Made by a program: the position numbers and the translations under genes. The notes below the pieces were generated by a model. That model was not told the DNA's origin. It saw only the letters and a list, made by a program, of their open reading frames with translations, and searched no databases. DNA of 64,000 nucleotides from Ascidiella aspersa (Eukaryota), in NCBI GenBank assembly GCA_963924565.1, contig OZ004607.1, positions 30,318,001 through 30,382,000 on the forward strand, read 5' to 3'. This document shows, in pieces, positions 50,835 to 61,692 of this stretch. Positions within the stretch are counted from its first letter, which is position 1. Each line of letters opens with the position of its first letter.

Positions 50835-51273
50835 CAGTGTTTTTTTAGTTTTGTTCACCCCTTATAGCATCTATCTCCAGATTTTATTCACCCTTGTCTC
50901 ATGATATGATAAAACTATCTCGTCTATATATAACAGCACAGATTTAGGTTTAGGTTGTTTCGAATTTTGTTAAGCTTAGCTCAAACTAAGTTTTACCTTT
51001 GCAAATCTACAATTTCTCGAGTCCAGAGATATAAAGCTACAAAAGCACAGAACACAGTTATCAATTTTTTGTGCTTATACACTCAATCCAAAACAACGTC
51101 ACTATTACAATAAGCAAAAAAACACCAAAAAACAACAGTTTAGTAGTCGATTTACTGCAGAGCGCTATCATCCATTTCTGACGGTTCACCCTTATTCACC
51201 CCTTTTGGTTGGTTCACCCCTGCAAAAATTGTATTCACCCTGGGGTAAACCATTCACCTGTTTAAGAACACTG
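50835..51273. mobile_element. hAT-type MITE with TTCACCC subterminal repeats
   Basis: CAGTGTT...AACACTG termini, 8-bp TSD TCTTAAGG. Confidence 0.88.
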
Positions 51274-54200
51274 TCTTAAGGGAAAGAAAATAAATAATCG
51301 AAATGAGTTATTTTAAATCGATTCTCATAACAAAATACTAAAAAAATTTTACACGAAAAACGAACTTTTAAAGATAGCGTAATTTCATACTAACACATTA
51401 TTTTACTCGAGAACGAACTTGATTATGAGTATATTAAAACACGCCATTCCACAGCGGGATAATACAAACAGTCACAAGAACGACTTTTTTTAGTTACCCT
51501 TTGCGAACAGGGATGAAGAACGACAGTTATTATTTAAAAGGTATCTTTAACCAGCCCCAAACCCGCGACCCAAGGTCAACCAGGTCGCTGCATGCAAACA
51601 AGTAGGCTCGAATCGCGCGAAAATCATTAAAAATTCATCGCGAAAACCGCGCAAAAACCTTAAGCGAATCGGCCGCACATTTAACGTGGCCATTTTAAAA
51701 GCATTCGACCCTATTTTGTGTAGCCACGTTTATTTGACGTTTAAAGACTCGGAAAATTTTAGGCTCGCAATTAATTAATAAAACATTGAAAAAGGAATAA
51801 CTTGTATAGCTTATGCTTTCAATTAGACAATATGTATATTATGATATAAGAAAGGGGTGGGAACCAGGCATAAATGAAAACTTGGGGTAAAAAGGTGCCC
51901 ATGAATGCTGCCTTGTCATATTTGATGGAACGCTTATAACATGCGTGGGCGCAGGCGTCACGTGACTTTTAGGCTACCACTGGTCATATTTTTCTTCTTA
52001 AACGAATCGCGTTTTAGTCAAGCGCTATTGTTTTACATATTTAAAGCAAAATTTGTGATGACCAGAAACACGACGAAACGAAATGTTACTGTGAGACTGC
52101 GCATGTCAGGTACGGCGTCGCCATATAAGGAAATAAGAAAAACAAACTCTCGCTTTATGAAAGCAATATTGAATTTTAAAAGTAAAAGTAAATATTTACG
52201 ATAGAATAAACCTAACCAAGGAACAAAGTAGGGTTACAAACTATTATTATGTTTATGTAATACACTTAATTTGGCAGAATTATAAGTGTTTAAATATCCC
52301 TACAGACAGTTGTCACCAAAACGCGGCTAAACGCAATGCAAATAAACACTCTAAATTGAAAAGCACCAACAAATTATCCTTAGACAATGCGTTAATTTTA
52401 GTTATATATTTAGGACAACAAAATGCTCCGCCTTTAAATCTATATTGGTGGAAATCGACGCCTGCGAAACGTTTTTGCCAAAGCGGCGAAAACGCAGGAA
52501 AACCTGAAACGACCCAACTTCCAAATTTCACCCCTCTGCGGTAATAAAAGCCGAAATATTTGCAACCCCTGCGACGATGTTTAACGACTACTTAGGAGAA
52601 AACAATCCTTGTCTGGTGGTGGTGGTCGTGGTGGTGGTATAGGCACTGGTGAGGTCCGATAAAATCAGATCGGAGCCGACACTCGATACCAGGCCGCTGC
52701 ATCGGCACTCGATCGATAAATGGGGAGTGCCGATCTGAGTCATTTGACTCACTTTGTTCGGATAATGTAAGGCCACATAAAAGGCAACATTTTTCCTTTT
52801 GTTCTAAATACATATTAAGGAATGAGTAACCCATATTATTCAGATCGGGACTCAAACTTTATTTTCTACGATCCTTTTCAATTGATTAAAACTTTCTGTG
52901 GCAGGTTAGGGTTGATTGTGGTCGACAGAACATTTTAACTGCTTCGGTAAGCAATTGTGAAAATATATGGGCAACTCTGGTTGATTGTGATTTGACATTT
53001 GCAATTTCAAAGTCAGAAAAAGTGGAATTCATATCGATGTAAAATTTTTGTTGTGTTGATAATACAAATATCGAGTCGGACAGTCAATCTTTTTCAAAAC
53101 AAATTGAGTATCGACATCCCAAAAATTGTTCGGACACCCCTTGCCCTAACAAATCGGGCTCCACTCTTTCCAGCAGCGTATATGGGCTGTAGAACATTCG
53201 AGGCGCTTAAAAGTGCCCGGGCAACCCTAGCAGCGCGGCTCGCTCGAAACGTGACGTCTGCTCTTCGAAGGCGAGGCATGCTATCGCTAGCTTGCTCACT
53301 AGCTTGCTTGCTGGCTGTTTCTCTTGCTGCCACGTCTGCTGGCCGGTCTCACAGGGCTGCGGGCCTTTCGTCGCGCTCAAAATGGAAACGGTTGACGAAG
53401 GGCAAGCCCGAACACGTGGCAGCACCACCATTTATGGAACTGCTGGCGCGACCGACGCCGTGGTGCTGTGGCGAAAGAGCGGCGTCCCGAAAAGCCAATC
53501 GGTAGCTTCCGCCTTCAGTGTGTATTTGCGCTTGTTGTCAGAAATAGAAACGCTAAGGTCATTGGTCATTGCTCATTTAGGCTTAAAACCAACGCTCTAT
53601 TACGATGTAAAAATAAATGGAAATTACCTTGCCAGTTTAAAGCAAACAAAACTTTAAAAACACTCAAAAAACAGAAAATTAAATTTGGGAAATAATTAAT
53701 TATTGTTACCAATTACTTGCTCAAAAACGATCAAGCAAAATCCTCTTCATTACGATGCAACATTAAAAATGCAAAATCCTTGCTTGTTTAAAGCCAAAAA
53801 AAAAACCTTTATAATAATCCAAAAACAAAAAGTTGAAATTTACGAAATAATTTTTGTTAACAAATCTTTGCTTAGGTGCTCTAGCGCAGTGACGCCGTTT
53901 TCCACGACGCCGATTTTTACGGCGCGGTCGAGGGCGAGCGGCCAAAAAAATGTCCGTTGTTCGTGCGAAGAAAAATGGCGTTCCCAGATCAAAGGGCGAG
54001 ATACGGGAAGGCGTGACGTGCCGCGCGCGCTCATGCGTGACGGAAGGCGGGCTTGCTTTCAAGGCCAAGGCTGAATACATGAGCAGAGCACACACAGTGC
54101 TTCTTCTAGGCTTCGACGACTGGCTAGCGACCCGGCGAACGGCTAGATCCGGGTTAAGGCCTTGCAAATACGGCGCACCTGCGCGCGGGAAACAGACGCT

Positions 54201-56288
54201 TTATGGCCTTTGCCTGGCTTGTTGTTTTTGTGGACTGCCATTTTAATTGCGCCACGCTGTTATCTCGCTTGAAGACGCTGGGTTTAAAGCAATTGCACTG
54301 AGCTTTGCGTGGGCAGTGACACGCAAATTAAAGCGACTACGTATTTATTTTTCCGCAATTTTCGCTGCATACATTATGGAAAAGTAAACGGCTGGCAAAT
54401 GTGTAGAAGGCAGGTTTGTCAAACAAATAGTAAATCGTAAGGCCGGTTAACATCGCTTCTTTAATTGCAGCTAAATTCCGTTTTGCAGCACGTTTTCGTG
54501 CCATTTTTAACGGCTATTGACCACCATATACCCTAAAAAAGTTTATACCAGACAAGTGCGAGTTTAAGGGCACGTAAGCATCGCAAAAATTTAAAATGGT
54601 ACACAAAATTTGAAAGAATGTTTTTCAATTTCTGCTTTCGATTAAACGCCGACGATTGCTGTTCTTATGCTATCCCTAAAAAAATGTTGTTTTCATAAAA
54701 TAAAACATTTATCCGTACGTGAGCTATTCGTGTTTTTTTTTAATTTCTCCTGCTACTACTTCATACGACGCTTGCTAGTTGCTGTGCTTTACAATTACCT
54801 TTCTTCAAATTGCTGTGATGCGTTGATTATGTGGTTTTAGGGAAATGCATCTTTGTAAGGTTTCTAATGATCCTGGATACCGTGTTTTGACCCCTTTGTT
54901 TGCCCATTAACTTGAATGGCTTTAGGTAGATATTTACAAGTCACAGTATAATAAAATTCGTAGCTTAACTGCTTTAGGTTGTAGCAACAAGTTTGTTTTT
55001 TTCTTAAAAATTGTTGATTTCATAAAAAGAAAACATTTAACCAGTCGTGACTTTTTTTTACTTCCTGATGCCCTGAAAGGGTAGAGACAATCGAGCGTCA
55101 AAAATCAGGGCATTCTAACGGCAAAAAACAAACAAGGCGGGCGTACTTTTCGATAGCAGAGCAGCAGCCGCAAACCAACAGCACTCGAAAGGGTAATCCA
55201 AAAACGCCCAACGCCGAGCCGGGGCCAACAAAGACTTCATTATAGCGCCGCATATTTACGTACACAGCGCCGATCTCCCGGGCTCGATGCGGTCGCTCCT
55301 CGCGAAGACGAACAGACGCGGCAGCGATCACGTCACTATGACGTCAATCGGTCAATATGCACGCGCGGTCGCTCTTTGTCGGGGGATGATGCGAGCTGCT
55401 GATCGGCTCTTTGCGAGCTGACAATCAAAATGTCGGATAATGCGCGCGATATCGTTGGCCGTTGGGATTCCTCCGCGTTTTTGTTGTTGTGCTTGAGGAT
55501 AAGGGCATAATGGGCAGGTTCGGCGTTTTTTCGCTTGAAATATATATAGGCTACACAAGTGGTTTTTTTTAAGTAGGTCGCTTTGTAAGTGTGTATAGAT
55601 TAGGTCGGTAAACAATATAGGCGACCATCGGGCCATCTTACCGCAAGGATATTGCAAAATAGACACTTAGAATCCATGCATTTAGAAACTCAGTATGGCT
55701 GTAATACCTTGATCTTACATCCCGCATTACACCCCATATTCTAGTGGTTCCTAACCTGTGAGTGAGTAATTACACACAAATCACTAGTTAAAAATTAGAG
55801 CGTTAATCGTGACCAAATTATAAGGAGTCCAAGCCTATTTTAACGTTGAAAAACATATTATCAGCCTTTCCTAAATTTTGTTAATATTTACTGTTTATTT
55901 TATCGCAATTATAAAGTCTTTCCAGTGTTGTTTATTCCATAATTGATTATTTTAGGCCATACCTTACAAATTTAAATAAAAGGGGTAGCAGAAATATATA
56001 AACGTTCGTCTCAAGGGTAATAGATTTTAAAATATTGCAGAACCAATGACATATTTTTTGTGGTTGCAAAGCGCTTTAAAAGCGGGGTTCAATGGACTCC
56101 TAGTTAGGGTTCAATTCAACGGTAACCTATTGCTTGAAGAACATACGTGATAAGTGGCTATTATATTCGTTGCTGGTCAAGGAAGACAATTTTACATTTG
56201 ATTTTTACACGTAGCTCCAAGAATATGCCATATAACTCGCCATTTCTTTTTAAACGAAATATTTTTTGATTAACTGCTTGGTTCCACC

Positions 56289-56362
56289 GAGCTATCTGGT
56301 TAGGTGTCACGAAAAAAAGCGCTGAGAGCTATCTGGTTAGGTGTCACGAAAAAAAGCGCTGA
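56289..56362. repeat. Perfect 37-bp tandem duplication
   Basis: GAGCTATCTGGTTAGGTGTCACGAAAAAAAGCGCTGA twice. Confidence 0.95.
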
Positions 56363-59300
56363 GAAGTCTGCATTCAACAACAGTAGTATACGAGATTTGC
56401 CGGCTTGGTTCACAGTTGTCGCTAAAGCTTTGTTAACCAAAGCCTCACTATGCGACGGGCACCTGTATCGTTGCGCCTCTGTAAAACGAAGACGGAATCG
56501 TGACCGCTGCTGCACGTACCGACTGACCTTTCGCGCTAATGGCAGACGGCAGCCGGGCGCGAGGCACCGCGGGCTTAAGTAAACAGGTCACACACCAGGA
56601 AAGGAAACTCGCCGCTCGGTTTTCTGTTATTCACGAAATGCGATCGACCTTAAGCTCGGGCGGACTTGACCCAACTGCCCACCACAAGACTCGATATGCC
56701 AATTCTGCAGAGTTGTAAACAAGCCGCTATGAGAGTCACAGTCAAGTTATTTGTGAAATAACTCTATTTGAAGTATTTTCCAAACATATCTAGTCCCCCC
56801 CCAAAAGTCGTTCGTTGTCTCGTCAAACCACTAAAATAAAAAAACATTAAATAATAAAGTTGACAAACTCGACCGAATAGTCTATGATCAAAACAACACA
56901 ACCAAAAAGTGACCAATACGCAACCTATAGTAAGCAAGTCGTTTTACGGGCAAAAATTTAAATAAATAGCCGGATTTAGTACTAAACTCTTTTATAAAAA
57001 CATAATTTCAACTCAAGTAATTCAAATTAATGACTTACGTCCAAGTCAAGTTAATTGTCCAAATGACTTAACTGAAATCACTTAAAAACAGTGACTTGAA
57101 TGCACTCAAGTCAAGTCGTTGACTTTGGTCATTACATCAATGCAATTCCGAATAACTATAGAACTATGCGATTCCATCAGGCCCAAAATAAGTTATACAG
57201 CAAAGCTCGTTTGATAAGGTAAACACTCTTCATGAAAAAGAGTTTAGCCTACAAAAAACGACACCCGTTTTCGCTGAAATTGGTACAATATCAGTAAAAG
57301 GGCACGACAAGCGCCCTAGTCCCTCCGCAGCGCTCTGACTCGATGCCTTGGGAGCCGGGATTGCAAATAAAATCCTGTCAGCGTTGCGCTATTCAATTAA
57401 ATCCGGTTCGTCGTTGTCGGCCTCGCTTTGAGTGGGCGGGCGAGCAAAGCTCTTGACCTTACCCACCGAGGGCTTCGCGTCTGTCTGGCAAACAAGGCGA
57501 CACCACAGGCTAAAGCGTTAGCAAAATAGTCCAAGTGGCTACTGGTAACGGCATCACACGCCGAGAGCCGTAAATGAGGTGTTTGACTGCTTTTACAGTT
57601 CTTGGGAATTTCGAGGCACGTAAATGCCGAAAAACGAAACCGGCCACACCTGTAAACTTGTTTTTCCGCAACGTTTCAATGAGTTTTGTTTTTCCTGCAC
57701 GCCCTTGTGTTCACTATGGAACGCGTTAAATTTTACATATTATGCAAACACATTTTAAAACATCATTAAACCAAATTTTAGCGACGGCTCAAGGTTAAAC
57801 ACTTGGCAAATCCGCCAAAAAATGCTTAAAAAAGAATCCCATGTGTGTTAAGCTATCAACCCAGACTAAGGTGGGTATATGCCTTATAGCAAATTGGCCG
57901 GGGGCAGAAGTAAAGCGCTTCCTCTGAAGGCCACAGATTAGATAAGCTACAGCCCTTAGCAGCTGACTCCGTGAAAGCCCATTTCTGTGGCATTTCCTGT
58001 TTTTCACAACCTGACCTTTTCGTGACCACCTTTTTACTTTCGTGTGATCAAGGCAGATTATGAACTAAGGGAAGTGGTGGTGACACTGGGCCTTCTTTGT
58101 GTTGTCACATTGTTTCCTGCGCTTTTCAGCATTGTTCAATTGCTTCGTGCTCACTCACTAGCCACATCACAGTCACCAATCACCATCTCAACTAATGTAA
58201 AACAAAGTTCTATTCTGTTAAATGCGTGTTGAATGCAGCAAAGTAAGTACCACAGCCCTTGTTTATGGCGCAAGTTTACCCCACTATTGTACAATTTACT
58301 AGGCTTGTTTTTTTTTACAGAAGCTCAGCTTTTGCAGTACCCGTAATTAAATTATACTGTGTTTAATGATTTTTCTACTGAAAAACCACCCACGTTGTAT
58401 TTTATTTCATAAGAGGCCTTTCTATATAATACTACCACAAAATCTTTAAAATAATCACAAAAGTTTTCAGATGGTACCATTTGTTCACAAAATTAATATT
58501 ACTTCACTTCCTTATAAAGGATAAAATGTAAAATGCTGTTTTTATGTCAAGTTTGAAAGAATGGACCGCCTGATAAAAAACATACTTATTGAAAAAGCAT
58601 TATGCGCAATAAATGACAATTATTTGTAAGATAGATGTTCAACCAATCAATAAAGTTAGTTTTTTAGGCACCTTTTAAGCAGTAGTAGTGTATGTGTGAC
58701 CATTTAGAGATTTCAATATTAAATACAGCAGTCTTTATATGTGTTCTGTTCTATTTTCAACACAGCATCCGTTTTAATGTTGTGATATTTTTTGTAGTTT
58801 TACTAATTATCTAGGTACCAGTATATTAAAGAACATAACCAGTTAACCACCACAGTGTAATTACCAGTCAAGAAACATTGCACCAAGTAAATAGAAACAC
58901 TGTTGCTCAACTAGGATACCTCTCTCAATTAGGATACCTTAATAGAAACACACAAATTATGTTAGAATATAATGAAACACTAATTTTAACTTACTAATAT
59001 ATTTACAATAAACAAATTACTGTACAGTTGAAAATATTTAGTGCTGCTAACAAGTCCTTTGTTCTGTATCTACACTTATTATATTACTACGAAGTATACA
59101 TAAAAGCTAGGTAATATAAGCTTTACTAAAATTGGTCCAGTCAAAACAATGAAAGAAGTAAATTACTAGTGGAAGTTTTACCTTTTGTCATAACGAAATA
59201 AAACATATATACAAAAAATTGAAGCGACAACTTTGCAAGTTTTGATTTGAAACTGACTGGTACTTCAAATTAAATATCAATTCAAAAACAGCTTTGATTA

Positions 59301-59696
59301 TAAATTTGGCACTTAATCAGATTCTATTATTAACTTTTGGAATGTTGCTATATATTTTTGGTGGTCTGCTAGTCTGTAGACTGTTATTTAAGTGCATTAC
59401 ACTTATGGGTTACGTTCATACACACATGTTCAAAAGTATAACAATGATTCAACTCTCAGATAGATACAAGAAAACTCATAAACATACTGCACCGACTAAG
59501 TGTCTGCATTAACACATTGCCATTGGTGCACTCTGCGCAGTGACAGTATGTTAAATCACATTGTTTAAACACACTGCATTGCTAAACAATACGTATTAAA
59601 ATAGAAACATTGGTGTGTCTCTCAAGCTCGCCCATTAAGTATACTGCTGTAACAATTACCACAGTAGTTGCCTATGTAAAACCTAGGTAAAAAGTG

Positions 59697-59899
59697 GGCG
59701 CTGGTCTAGAATCCTACCACAACGTTGAAATGATTATTAAGCAATGCATAATATGTGGGTTAGGGTGTCGGTTAGTGTTTGGGTGTGGGTAGGTCAAGTA
59801 ATATTGTTTAACACTATTACTGGACTCACCCAAACCCAAACGCTAACCGGCACCCTAACCAAAATAATGTTCATTGTGGTAGGATTCTAGACGAGCGCC
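59697..59899. mobile_element. Foldback MITE with GG termini and 8-bp TSD (possibly Merlin-like)
   Basis: GGCGCTGGTCTAGAATCCTACCACAA/TTGTGGTAGGATTCTAGACGAGCGCC, palindromic interior, TSD AAAAAGTG. Confidence 0.88.
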
Positions 59900-60439
59900 A
59901 AAAAGTGGCCTATGTAAAAAAAAAGGAGATTTGCCTTTGCACAAGTTCGCTACCTTTTGATAAATGCTTTCTTGTTTCAGTAACAACTATAATTAACGTT
60001 TAGCTAGGTAAATAAACCAAAACATTTTTTTGATAAATATTCATTGAAAATTTATCAGTGATTGTTTTATGAACAAACTTAAATGTGCATTTAAAAAATT
60101 ACCCCTTCGGAAATAAATTTTCTATTTTCCGATTTGTGCAGCCATGTGGAACACTGATGTTGTCATGACGTTTCCGATGCTTGCGTAAAAAGCTATTTCT
60201 AAAAGTTTTTGCTACTTTTTCGCCGTTAAAAATAAAAAAAATGGCGACAAAATCGATAGAAGGAAGAAACGAAATCCGTTTTAACAACTCTGGCGGAAGA
60301 TGCCTTCTCGAAAATTGGGTTGAAGAGGTAACAGATAGTTAGTGGCAACACGCTAATTTTGTTTTGAAGCTGCTGTTATTAGGACAGCAGCACCGACGAG
60401 GTAGGGAGCAACTTTGTGCTCGTGTAAAACCCCCGATTG

Positions 60440-60885
60440 TGCACCAGTTTTTTTTCTAGTGATGTTTTAAAACCATTCAGATTATCTGCTTCTGCAGTTT
60501 ATTTGTCTAGACCATTCCACTCAGAAATAACTCTTTGGGGAAAGCAAAACTTTCTACAATTCAATTTTACTGAAGGCTTGAAGATTTTAAAAGAATGACC
60601 TCGTGTTTTGTTGCTTTTAAGTATAAAAAAAATCTTCTTTATTTAAACCTTCTTTTCCATGCATAATTTTCCAAACTTCTTTAAGGTCTGCCCATAACCT
60701 TCTCATTTCCAAGCTAAACAGTCTGGTTTCATCCATTCTAGTGTTGTAAGGTTTATTTTTTATTTCCGTTATCATGCGTGTTGCTCTACGGTGGACTTTT
60801 TCTATTGAATTAATTTCATATTGCTTGTACGGTCTCCATGCTTGAGCAGCATATTCAAGTATCGGCCGGAGTAAGGTCTTCAACT
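60440..60885 (-). mobile_element. 5'-truncated, decayed CR1-type LINE (ORF2 C-terminus)
   Basis: RPILEYAAQAWRPY...IEKVHRRATRM...LFSLEMRRL, then after a frameshift TRGHSFKIFK...RKFCFPQRVISEWNGL with an internal stop. Confidence 0.9.
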
Positions 60886-61644
60886 TGCATGATAAACTTG
60901 CCCAAAATCAACCTGTTTAAAAAAATGACAAAAAACAACACAAAAAGCATTCTCAATATAAAGATAAAATTAATCGAATTAAAAACTAATTTAATAGAAA
61001 AACAAATGATTTAACATTTAAATTCATTTGATATGATTAAATAAATATATAAATAAAACAATGATTTTCATAATAGGTCATTCAGATCTGCAATAAATTT
61101 GATAAAGGTTTAATCCTAGTAATCAAATAATGACATAGCACGTTGGGTTTTAATTTTAACAAATCACTTTATTATTTGATCTTATATTTTACAGAGAGCG
61201 GTTGCCCCGTTGGAGCCCACTGATGTCAACTCAGAGTGCACAAGCAGCGCTCAACTACATCGCCATGGGCACAAGGGACTCCTCACCATTCAGCTTAAAG
61301 CAAATGCTGAGAAACTGACAACTGTCCGTGAGTCCTACCAACAGCCCAAATTTCCTGAAGTCAGAACTCGGGGAAAGAAAGAGGAGCTTGTTGAAAGAAT
61401 GCTATACAATGAAATAGGGTGAGCATTTTAACAAGATACTGCCATTAACACTTATTTTATTTCTTATTTTACTTGGTAACTATTATTTTTTTTACAACAA
61501 CTGTAAACATTAATGCTATATAGGAGTTTTTATTTTGCTTATTGACATTACATTTTCTTGTATTTTGGAACACTATATACGGATCTGTTCATAAGTTTAA
61601 TGGTGAAAATAACAGCCCAAATAGACATAAAAAGCGACATGCTT

Positions 61645-61692
61645 TATTATTCAAACGTTTCGGCAAATGCTCATGCCATCATCAGTGATATC
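61645..61692 (-). ncRNA. Minimal type-I hammerhead ribozyme motif (Penelope/retrozyme-like)
   Basis: TATCA-CTGATGA-T-GGCA(TGAGCATT)TGCC-GAAAC-GTT-TGAATA. Confidence 0.6.

Noticed and set aside
56289-56362. 37-bp repeat of CRISPR-like length
   Set aside because: Two abutting copies, no spacer, no cas genes, eukaryotic context.
25000-57800. Numerous 60-170-aa ORFs
   Set aside because: No recognisable domains or phase-consistent exon chain; consistent with chance ORFs in GC-richer islands.
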